The notes under the pieces were generated by a model. The model did no database searches. It was not told the DNA's origin and saw nothing but the letters and a program-made list of their open reading frames with translations. Made by a program: the position numbers and the translations under genes. A DNA stretch of 64,000 nucleotides from Mytilus trossulus (lineage: Eukaryota), in contig NC_086376.1 in assembly GCF_036588685.1 (NCBI RefSeq), positions 36,208,001-36,272,000 on the forward strand, written 5' to 3'. Positions 25,030 to 37,200 of this stretch are shown piece by piece. Position 1 is the stretch's first letter; the number at the start of each line of letters is the position of its first letter.

Positions 25030-27170
25030 TGTCAAGGAACATGATAGGACATTTCTACATAATTCTTACCCTTTACAGGAGCAAAGCTCCGAACATGTAA
25101 GGTTTTGTTGTGAACAAGCACATGACTTTTTACATGGAAATTTTCCCTTACATGAAAACACAAGATACTGCAAGAATTCTGCTAACATATGCCCTTTACA
25201 AAACACAGGGTTTAATGAATCATTTAACTCTCGACAACCGTATTGTAAAGTTTACAGAATAGGCAAGTTAACAATGTGTAATGCGGTCCAAATTTTAGTT
25301 TGTAACGAAGTACGCACATTGTTCGTAAAACGTGCTGTTTTAGTACCGCTTCATATGGAGGTAACCTGACTAAACTTGCATCTTTACTGATGGCAAGCTT
25401 GATGGGCATTGAATGAATATCATGATGTAAGGATTTAAAGAGATTTTTATGATCATAAAACTTTAAATTAACTTTCATACCCAAACAAGGGCTTCGTCTT
25501 TGTTAATATTACCGCAGCACTGCAAACCACCGAAATAGTCGTGCGTGTCTTTCGAAGTCTTGTAGGCAGATTGTTTACCTACTCCAAACGGAGACGAAGT
25601 TGTGTCGCATCCGGTAATTGCGTGTAGAGCAGGCAATATTTTAATTGTTGGGGAAAGACAGACACACAGTTAGTGAATGGGTAACAATCTTCACCCATCC
25701 TTTATACTGCTAATGTTCTCCATCTTCACCCACAACTCGCTTGTATGTGTCATATGTTTATAGAAGTGAACACACAGAACAATCAAATTAGTATTAGAGG
25801 TTCGTATAATTGTTCTTCCGCTTTCCTATTTCTTTTAAACTTCGTGTCAAAGTTTAAGGCATTGAGTATTATACGAGTATCGGTCTCCTCTTGAGTGCTT
25901 ACATGTAACAAGTTACGACAGTCATTAATAGTTTTGGTATAAATAGCTTTGACAATTTCGGGATTTACAAATGTCCCGGCTAAGTTCAGCTCACTTCAGG
26001 TGAAATCATAGGGGATTTGTCAATGTATTGAAGAAGAAAACTACCAAAGAAATAAGGAGAGCCTGTTTGATTTCTATAAAAGAAAAGAAAATCTTCCAGT
26101 CAGTTATACTTCTCCCATCAATAATCTGATATACATTTTGGTGGAAGTTAAAGTCTTTGTGCGGTGTTCTCATCAGTCAAAAACATCTGATACTGTGTGC
26201 GCTATAAAAAAATCATTGGGACATATTATAGTCAGCTGCAAGGTCACCGAATATTTTACTTTTCTTAACATCAATACATTGAACCAATGCCATACATCTC
26301 TGATGTTAGTTGTGAGTGATGGTACACAGAAAGGTAAGGAAAATGCACAAGAGACTTCAGATTCTAATTGCTTCACCTGCAAATCAGACTTGCACGATTT
26401 TCTAATGGTGCCGTCATCATGAAAAAAAGAGATTGGAATGAGACCTACAGGGCTCGACAGCACATGTTTTTCCTGTAACAGCATCTATACATTTTGCCAA
26501 AATCAGTGCGCGTCTGTCTAAATACAAATTATGGATTTATTTAACCTGAAATTATTTCTCCCGATTTTCATTTAATTTTTTTTTGTCATGTTTTCAAACG
26601 TTTTTAGTTTTGACTTTGATGTTTAACTATAGAAACTACTTGACTGACCTGAAGAAAGAGTTCTAGTGATAGAAATGTTTAAGCCTACCTCGACAGTTGT
26701 AAGCAAAGAATTTTGAACATTTTGTAGTATGCATTCCAGAAGAGATGGATGATGGGATTCCACAGCAAAGAGATCAGTCATGTCGCATTTAGATGGTTCA
26801 CCATGGCAATATAAACATGTTCTGCCTCTCTTTTCATTGCAGTTGGGTTTTATTCCTCGTGTGAATTTGCATTATTTGAAGCAAATTCCAGACCTTTCCA
26901 GAAAACCAGACTAAGGGTTCTAAGAAATGTCTAATAAGGGTCCATCTAACAAGCGCTTACTTTTGATTTGTTATGCCTACAGTAACCCCTGATTCTCTTG
27001 AGGCTTTTATTAACGGTCATTTTTGTTGCCATGTCGGTCCATATGCCGTTTAAATGTCCAGGAGTATGTCTAATTGCAAAGTCGACATCTGCAAAAAGTG
27101 ATCGAATATCCTCAGAAAGTTGAAACATAACGAGTATGTAAACTGGAATCCACCTTCAGTAATATGACGA
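25030..27170 (-). mobile_element. Degenerate Academ (XPG-type, AcademX-like) transposase relic
   Basis: Minus-strand fragments in order: FAIRHTPGHLNGIWTDMA, PISFFHDDGTIRKSCKSDL, STQEETDTRIILNA (~25860-25900), ALHAITGCDTTSSPFGVGKQSA (~25570-25640), LPPYEAVLKQHVLR, and Cys-rich CKGKFPCKKSCACSQQNLTCSELCSC (~25075-25155). Many stops and frameshifts. Confidence 0.75.
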
Positions 27171-27502
27171 TCTCAACTTGAAAAGTGACAATTACCCTGT
27201 CTTTCTGCTCTTTTAAACATTTATCATAAAAAATTCTAATGCTTCAAAAAATATCCCATTATTTAAAAGTGACACAGCACATCCCCATTGCTTGTATGTA
27301 TCTATAAGAGGCTGTTTATGAGCTTCGAATAGCTCGGTCTTAGGAGCGTTAGGACTTGTTGAATTTACTTTTGAGTACAATAATTTTGTTATTACATTTG
27401 TCTTTAGAAACAATTTTGTATCAAGATGGAGGTAAACTTATATACCTCACATGCAGACGCTGCTGGAATATTGCTATATATGCTGTAAATTTATATATAA
27501 TA

Positions 27503-28264
27503 CTAGAACACACCCGTGATATCGTGGGTCCGTGACTGAATTAAAGTATATTACTATGCACAAGCCTTATTTTAGTATATTTTTTTTATCTGATAAAGTC
27601 GTGCCGATTATAAGAAACACAGTTTTCTCTGCTTTCAAATCTTTCTGTTTGAACCCGTCGAACTGGAACTTAACAATTATTGGTTACATTAATTATTTGG
27701 AAAACAAAAGGTCCTGGAATGGAGTATTTTTTTAATGAACAGCATTGTCCTATATTAGTTATAAATAAAGTTGAAGTCTTTGATTCACTGTTTTATGTCA
27801 TGCCCGCTAACAAATTGAAAACTGTTCCTATACGCCTTATTTTTAGTCCTGATTATTAGTATTCGTATTGTTATCTTAGAAAGTCTTACTGATTAGAATA
27901 CTACAATAGGTAAACATTTGACAATGATTGAATTTAGTAGTGTCAATCCTGTGATTATGATCCGTGTATATAGCATAATCCTAAATACACCGTTTGGTGG
28001 TGCGCCTGTTAGATGCGGAACGTTCAGATAAGGTAATAGGTAACAGGTAAATATACTATTGGTATCGGTATCGGACTCGACCCGGAACTTCTTAATTATT
28101 GACAATATTAATTACGTGGAAAACCGTGAAAGGGCCTGGAGTGGTGTAATTTTTAATCTACACCTTTGTACTATATTAGTTATATATAAAGTTGAATTCT
28201 TTGATTCGTCGCTTTTACGTGATGACGGCTGACAAATTGGACCTCGTAATTTTAGTATTATAGA
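27503..28264 (-). mobile_element. 762-bp non-autonomous Helitron
   Basis: The minus strand reads A|TCTATAATACTAAAA...acccacgatatcacgggt-gtgtt-CTAG|T. This gives a TC start, subterminal hairpin, CTAG end, insertion between A and T, and no TSD. Confidence 0.88.
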
Positions 28265-28519
28265 TGAACCGTTTATTTTCTTTTTAAAACCCTTTCGGCT
28301 ATGTATCATAGTGTTATTATGCATATCAATCTTTCAAAATATTTGGCCTTGTACTGTCATTGATATCGTACAGTCAGTAACTAAGTACACAGTATAAAAT
28401 GGAAATAAACGTAGAAGTTGAACTTTTTACACTCGGTATATTTTGTTCCAACCCTTTTCTGTACGACACGGTTATCAGATAATAAGTTCTAAAACAGCAT
28501 TATATAAAAGATTAATTAT

Positions 28520-28950
28520 AAAAGGCCAGCTCTTAAAAAAAACACCTTTTTATTTTAAAAAAAGACCTTTTCAACAAATTATCGGCCTTCCTATGGGACA
28601 AAACTGTGCGCCTCTCCTTGCTGACAATTTCTATTTCAATATGAGTCGGAGTTCCTTCAAACACTAGTCAAAACAAGAAGATCAAAGAGGTCAGGTATAA
28701 AATTTCACATTTAGACATAATGATGATATTCTTTCCATTATAAACAATCCAAACTTTTTCGATTTTGATTTTGAAATTATAAATTTCCCCCATCTAAGAA
28801 GCAATATACAAACTTCACCTGTATATGCGATATATATATTTTCCAGCTTATTGATGACCCAGGGGTATGTCAAAGAACGCCTCGTACTTTTTTTTCATAA
28901 AAAAAGTTCATCGAAGAACTTGTTGGTAAATATTCCGTATTTAAACAATT
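28520..28950 (+). mobile_element. Penelope-like retroelement RT fragment (degenerate)
   Basis: FQQIIGLPMGQNCAPLLAD, FRHNDDILS (a degenerate RYIDD), INFPHLRSNIQTSPVY and LMTQGY are spread over several frames. Confidence 0.75.
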
Positions 28951-30579
28951 ATTTACTTTGGCTGTTTTGTCTGTTTATTTTATATCTATTTGACATTGCT
29001 CTACACTTTTACCTCACCTCATTGTGTTATTGTGCAACGGTACATTTTGTATTCTTTCCCTTCATTTTTACTAATGTGCTTGTCCATATGCCTTCGTGAT
29101 CCTTTGTTACAATTTTGTTTGTGTTTAGAGTGATTGAGATTATAACACAATGCATGTTGACTGCTGTATCCCAGTATTACTTCTTTCGATTTGTAGCTCA
29201 GTGTTTATATGCTCTTGCAAAACATTTGGCTCTGAATCATCAATGCCATTAATGATACTGTACTTATTACGTTACATTGTATGCTTGTAATTAGTGTTTA
29301 CGTATATAGTTCGTCACTCAAGGCAATCCAGATTCCTTAAAAAAAGTCGTAAAATAATGAAAGAGGCAGTTAAAATTTCTTACACGATGAAGACATAGTC
29401 ATGTTACCCTTCCAAACCGTTTGCTATACGATACGGATATCAGATAATAAGCATATCAATTTTAAACAATATATCTATTAGGAAGAAATGCTCGTCTGTG
29501 ATTTTTCTTGATATCTCTATATATTATATAATCTTGGTATTATGTGTATCTCGATACTATCAATTATATTATTAATATAACCAAGTTATAGTTATCACTC
29601 AGTATGGATTTGTACACTCCAATACAAACATGACGATTGTCAATGTTTAGTGATTACCTCTCAGGGTCCAGAGCATGTATTTGACTCCATCCCTTGTTTT
29701 TTAAGATATATCCTATTTTCTACACGCACAAGATACATATTTTGATAATTAATTCTTGAAGCCAAAATATTTGAAGATCCACAGCTCCTTAAAAGATGCA
29801 GAGCTATAATTAAGCAAAAAGTATATAACCAACGGCGGACAAGCTTTACATTTCTTAATTTTAAATAATTTCTAAAATCTTGTAACATCAAATTTAGATA
29901 CCACACAATACGTATTTCCATGCCTTATAAACTATTCTTTGTCTGTTTGTCTTTTTTTTTGTCTTTTTGTCGTGTTGATTTTAAGCTCCTAATTTGATAG
30001 TTATCTTTATTACGCATTGGTTTCCTGTCAGTATTTTAAGTCTATTTTACCAATTTGCATACAATAATATTTCAGAGAATAAAAGATTTAACAAAAAGGA
30101 TATTTTCACCATTATTGAATTTTAAAATGCAATAATACTTTGAAAAATATCTTTTCACAATTTATTTGCGACCACACCCACTTTTAAAACTTGACATGAA
30201 GTAATTAACAAGTCATAATGATGACTGAATAAATTTTCTTTGTAAAAATGTAAAATAGCCCTTCATAGAATATTAGGAGTGAAACATAATTACATGAACG
30301 TATACTAGATAAGTGCACTTTTACTTTGTCACAAAATGGATTTTATTTTAAACATAATTCCGATTAAAAACACGATAAAGATTAAGAAAAAAAGGCAAGA
30401 TTGAAGCTGTCATTTATAAAACCCACAGACAATACAATTGATAGAAATACAGATCTATTTTCTCATTTACTAAATTTCATAGTTGCAGAGATGACAATAT
30501 TCATACATCATAATATAACATATTTTGCATGTGTGAACATTAATTTACATAAATAGCTGTTGAACCGGACAGACTTCTA

Positions 30580-31060
30580 CACTGATATAAGATGTTTCTC
30601 TAATTCTTCGTCAATTTATTCCTTTCTGCACGCATTGTATAAAACAATTTAATCAACGTGTGGATGATGATGATGATCATCATCTGCCGATCGTTTGATC
30701 TCAGTACTTCATTGGTTAAAATCCGATTATGACGTCGATTTTTTTTTTGCTCTCCTCTGAAATTCCTATTGTAACGGCATGAAAATAGGCGACCATGCCT
30801 GATGACGTCACATAGAAAGAACACATCTTTTTGTAGATCATTTGAAAAGAAGGAATAAGTTTGCCTGCATAATGTTAGAAAATCATTAGAGAAACAGATT
30901 CCACCACCAAATCTCGTGTAATACGATAATTATTCACTCTCGATAGTTAAATTTTAAATATTTAAAACGATCGGACAAGCCTTGCGTTTTAAATGTGAAA
31001 ATTTAACTGTCTCGAGTGGATAAATATCGTCTTACATTCGATGCAGTGGTAGAATCTATA
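30580..31060. mobile_element. Non-autonomous element with a long subterminal stem-loop (Crypton-like design)
   Basis: Imperfect inverted repeat at ~30897-31057 (gattccaccac...ctcgatagttaaatttt / aaaatttaactgtctcgag...gtggtagaatc) around a tcggacaagccttg loop. Confidence 0.5.
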
Positions 31061-31260
31061 TATATAATTTATAAATTTACACAAATTTTCTTTTCAAACA
31101 ATAATATCATTATATTTAACAATATCAGCAATTGTACAACAAATGTGTGGTAGATATTTATATCGTTTTATTTGAAAAATTAACTGTTCGTATAATTGAG
31201 GCCATGTTGATTAGTATTGACTGAACATATCGATACTTCTGTCTGGAGAGCAAAACACAA

Positions 31261-34200
31261 TTATGATGACCTCAAATCATTAGCACGATTGTCTAACTCC
31301 TGGATAGCTTTCCGAAATATCCTCTCGTACAGTGATGATTTTAGACTAATGATGGTCTTTTCTATGGTGCCTAAATGGTTTCTCAAAACGGCATCATGAA
31401 ATGCTGTAATCCGATACAAAAAATAATTATTTAATCGAATTATGTTGACGCTTAAAATACTGAGTAGTAATTCCATCATTCTACTTCATAATTATATCAA
31501 TATTAATTATCATTGGAAAGTATATTTTCATTTCCTTTCATATGCATGAACTTTATACAAGAAAGAGGTATAGCTAGCTTTAAAACAAGGTTTAATGTAC
31601 CATTTTTACAAAAGAAAATTCTGTACCAAAGCAGGAATATGACAGTTGTTTTCCTTTCGTTTCATGTGTTTCAGCTTTTGATTTTGCCATTTGCTAAGGG
31701 ACTTTCCGAAATGAATTTTTCCTGGAGTTCTGTCCTTTTTTTTATTTACCTTTTAATTGTCAGCATGATAAGTTTCAAACTGACATTGAGATTATATATA
31801 ATGTCAAATGACAAAGTAACATATGATTTATTATAAAGGGACGTATTCGTTAGAATAATGTTTTTAACAGACATTTTCTAAATTTATACATTTTGGCTTA
31901 TTACAAAGCCTATCATATGAAATGAAGAAAAAAAAAAAATTTTATAAAATGACTAAAATTGTGAAACAAAATTCAATAAATTCGCTGTAATTGAAGCAAA
32001 ATGGTCTCATACAAAACTTTATATTTTGCAGAGGTAAAACTTAACGGTTCAATTAAATAGTTATCAAAGGTACCAGGATTATAATTTAGTACGCTAGACG
32101 CGCGTTTCGTCTACATAAGACTCATCAGTGACGCTCATATCAAAATATTTATAAAGCCAAATAAGTACAAAGTTGAAGAGTAATCAGGTTTTTTTTTTAA
32201 AATACTAACAGGGAACCTTTTTTTAACTTGACTGTCTTTTCAAATACAATTTACTAGCTTTGAATATTGGTGAATTATTGTTACCTGAATAAACCATGAA
32301 TTTTAGTTACATCCTGTTTTCAATCAAGTTCAAAGAACACATTTTAAATATTCATCAGTTGCTTATTTCAGTATTAAAGAGGGATCAAATTTTAAATACA
32401 ATCGATCGGAATCAACTTCATGTCATCAATGATATCAAGTCAATACCGAAAGAAAATGTATACGTCATTAATATACATTTTTATATACTATAGGTGCATG
32501 ACAAGTTGCATTATCCTTTAAACTAGTCAATAATGATAACTTGTAGATTGTATTTGCTTTTTGTTTCAATTCACAGACTCTACGGCGATAATTACGACGC
32601 TGAAACTCAAGAAATTTCATAATAATTGTACTATACGCACCCGTTCATTTTAATGTCTGCATATATGGACCCCCCCTAATTAGTATATAATACAGTTACT
32701 GAGGAGTTGTTATGACTGAATAAGTGACTCGTCGAAATTTATGTCGGAACTTGGGTTTGACAATATGAAGAGCATTGTATATTCCTCACACCAGATATGG
32801 GTAAACCGCACATAAAAAAATCTTCATATATTGCAAGTTCTATTTATGACCAGGAGAAATGACAAATATGAAAATGGGTATGGTTGCTGTAAGGCAGTAA
32901 GAAAGAAACTAAATTGATATTAAAAGAAAAAGAACCTTTTCTAAACTGTAATACATCAAGTTTACGTTGTGCGTTTTCAATATCCAAATCGCTCTCCGAT
33001 ATTTTCTCCTTTATACATCTATTGATACTTTCCGTTATTTCTATGTTGTCACCATTTTCAATTGAAGAAAGCAATTTTCGTCTAGCTACTCGCTGATTTG
33101 CTTTCTACAACAGATAAAAAAAATCGAAGTTTATGTTAGTTGATGCTTCAGTTGGAAAATACATTTGAAATATTAGATCTACATGTAAGTGTCATCTGAG
33201 TGAATATAAAAACTTGCATATTATAGCTATTGCGTGTTTTGAGCCATATATATAGTACAGACATTTGTGTAGATAATACCAGAAAGTTTTTCTGTTGAAT
33301 TGTATTTGTAGTTGGGTTGTATTTTTATCATGATAACTATTTGAGCTCTCATCACACACTATACAGCTTTATATTTAAGCTGTAACTTATGCAATATGTT
33401 GTACAGTTGTCTTAACAAAATACCGATTTCTAGGTTGAGTCTAGATAATTTGTTAAATCAATCATAAGAGACAGTCAAAGTTCTTCCATCAAACACCAGC
33501 TTAAACAAATGCTTACCTCTCTTGATAGTTTATTGGAAGTTGTAATGAGATAATTGCAAACCACAGTCAATCTTTCGAGATCATCACCAGTACTAGTAGA
33601 TATTCTCAGACCGTAATCTCCATTCTGAACAATGTTTGTTATTATTTTAAGTTCTTTCGTATCTCTTTCAATAACGCTCTTAACAGAAGATTTTTGATCT
33701 TTTAAGTCAAAATCGACTAGTTCAGTTTTAACTTTTAGAGATTTATAGGTATCGCTGGCAAGAAGAAATCTGAGATTTGTAGGGCTGTTTCGGTCTATTG
33801 TTATTATCCCATTTCTATGAGAGGGGAGAAGTAAACCTGCCCTATCAGACTCGGGTCCTGGACCAAATCCTAATTTTCCCGGATTGAATGGTATTAATCG
33901 ACAACCCTCTGTCCTCTTGGTGCATATAATCTTAAACTCACATAGTCTCAATAATGGGTGTGTATCTGGTCCACCATATATTACGATTTTATATATCCCC
34001 TCAATCGGAAATTGAATATCAAAATTCCACTCAGATGCATTTCGGATTTTAGCGACTAACCTTGGCATATTTTCTGGTTTTAACATTTCATTTTCATCTT
34101 CCTTCTGTGCACTTCCTTCTTTCAACAAAAATTCATAATCCAAATTTATTGCATTAGCTGTTGCTTTTGAAGTTTCAAACGTAAGTGTAAGAGTTTTACC

Positions 34201-37200
34201 GGATGCAAATAAACAACATGCATTTTTGCTCACCAATTTCATTTCCATAGCCCAAAATGGCGGCAGAAGATAAGCTTGTTTGAGAAATGATTCTCTCGAA
34301 ATCGGAGTAGACAAGAGTTGCCATTCTTTGCTGTCGGGATGACAGCGATATATAAACTGACTAGGGTCGGGCATTATATAATATTCCTTAAATGCATTTT
34401 TAACCACCCCATCTGCGGCTATTGTTCTTTGTCCGATTGCCTTTCCATCCTCCTCTAGTTTTATCCACCCACTAGATCTCTTCCCAAATACTGACCGACA
34501 AACCCAGTACGGATGAATGATGCGCCATGAATTCTGAATGTAAACAGCATTCCACAGACATGTTAGATTATCTACATTGGTATCACCTGGTTGGTAATCT
34601 CCTGCTTTACAAACTCCATGGATCTGAGCACATTTAACATTGGCTGCCCTAAATATTTGAATAACAATTAAGATTTGAATGCTTCTTTTTGTAACTTCGT
34701 TATGGTGTTAAAGCGTTGACCGAAGTACATTTTGTCCGCGCTTCATTCATAAAATGTGCACACGGCCAACGCTTTTACAACCCTATGAAATTACAAAAAG
34801 TAGCATTCAATACTTAAAATTGCATTTTTTAAGCTAGGATCATGAAAATACGATTTTTATCAAGTTTTTATTTAATTCACCTGTGTACTTTATTGTGGGA
34901 CCTTGTGTCATCATGAATGACACGTTTTGTTGTGTAATGAAGTTGCTTAAAGAATAACGCGATATTGTAGTGTAGCCAATCAAAATAACGTATTATAATG
35001 AAGTATACATTTAATATGATTATAATGTTGTGAAATACAAGACACATTATTTAAGTATATTAACGGAATTTGGAATTTTTATTGTTTTTCTTATTACACA
35101 ATAAATACAATTTATAAAGTACAAAATAAAAAGTTAAAACACTACGACACATAAATTATAGCCTCAACAAGATTTGGCAAAACTGTCAGAAAATTATGTT
35201 CAATTTTCTAATACGTTGATTCGAGTTATTTTGCCTGCCGTTTCGATTCGAGCGCGGTTACCTCCGATTTTGAAGCGAGTTGTCCAACCTGGTGTTTTAA
35301 TTCGAGTTATTGTCCAAGTGTTTTGATTACAGTGATTTTACCTGAAGTTTTGATTCAAGTCTTTTACCTGATGTTTTGATTCGCGCATTTTTACCTGCTG
35401 CTTTGAATTAAGAATTTTACCTGCAGTTATACAAACATTTTACCCGCTGTTTGAATCTAACGCCACTTGTCAATCTTATGTGAACAAAATGCGCGTTTGG
35501 TATACTAAATCATGATTTTGTTATATCTGATGAATTCAAACTCACAGTTTAAAATGTTTTTGTATCCAAAAGAAAGTATCTTAACAAGCAACACGTTCGA
35601 CCTATGACAAATTATTTATCTTTTCCGGAATAAGAACAATTTTACCTGCATAGAACAGTAAAAAATGTAGAATATGTTGATCTTCTCTGTCCAAGTAAAC
35701 TCAGGAACCCCAAAGGTGTTTTGTCGGTACATTCCTCGGATACAAAATGTTCCACTACTTGATTACTCAGCCAGACTAGTATAATCCTGACCATCATTTC
35801 ATCTCGTGTTGGCCTTCCTTTAATTGGTGTGTCTAGATATTTAATAAGCTTGTCAAAACTATTCAGGTCTGATCTTTGCACCTGTTATAAAGAATTGAAA
35901 ATTACACTTTATAAATCGTTTACGTCTGAACAACTCTTATAGATTCCCTTTAATACTGACACATGCAAAACGCCATGACATTACCAAACTTTACCCCAAA
36001 TCTAATAAAATATAACGATAACGTATTATATTAAACGTGTAATATCCTATACCCTTGGTATTATTGTCCTGTTTTGAAAAACTAGCACGCCTGGTATGAT
36101 ATATATATAAATATATATATACAACTCGTCAAAACATCAACCCAACAATGTTAGATCTGTAAATTTGCTTTCGCAAATTTTTGGTTCTTCCCTCGCCGGG
36201 ATTCGAAACCATGCTACTGTGATACCGTGACACCAAATCGCCTGCACTGCAGCCGTTCCGCTAGACCACACGACCACCTGGGCTCTATATATATATTTAT
36301 TTAGAAACTACCCCTTTACAACGGGGGCACTTGCAGACAGGGTATTCACAAATGCGTCTAACAACATATGCAATGAATATATACAGACAAGTAAAAATAT
36401 AAATTATACGCCTTGAAAAGTTATAACTATTTACCGTTACTGTATTGACAATTTACCTGTACTTGTGTATATTGATAACTTGACATTTCGGCAAGTGATA
36501 CATAAGAGGATGGTAAATTTTTAGTACAACAATGAAACGAATGTATATCGCCATGCAATACATCTTAAGGTGTATGGGAGTACGAAGTATATTCGATTCG
36601 ATATATAAGCATGTGATATCACAGTCCTGTAAATTAAATACCTACTCCACTTTGGTAGGTACGGCTCTACTAAATTTTGAGAAAAAACAGTACATTTAAG
36701 CCAAGGCTCCGTGTTGAAGGCCGTACTTTAACCTATAATGGTTTAATTTTTAAATTGTTATTTGGATGGAGAGTTGTCTCATTGGCACTCACACCACATC
36801 TTCCTATATCTATTTAAATCTATTAATGAAATAATCTGATAACTGAAACAATGCCTGTTTAAAGTTGTCTATTTTTAATTGATTGATATTATAATTAGAT
36901 TGAAATATCTAAATTCAAACAATTCTACCGTTCTAGCATGGTGATCTATTTCTGCCTTGGTTATTCCCCTTTCTTCTACGTCATTGTCAGCATCATCACT
37001 CCCTGTATTCGGATCAAAGTCTTCAAACCATTGTATTTTCTTTGTTAAATAACGCTCTGTCATATTAGGCACTGGTACAGGGTAGTCATTTTCTGTTGGC
37101 CGTAGCTTTATCTACAAAAAAAGTGGTTTAGAAAATTCCCAAAGACAAAAAGCATTAAAGTAACCATCAATATATTTAAAAAAAAATTGACGTCCAATAA

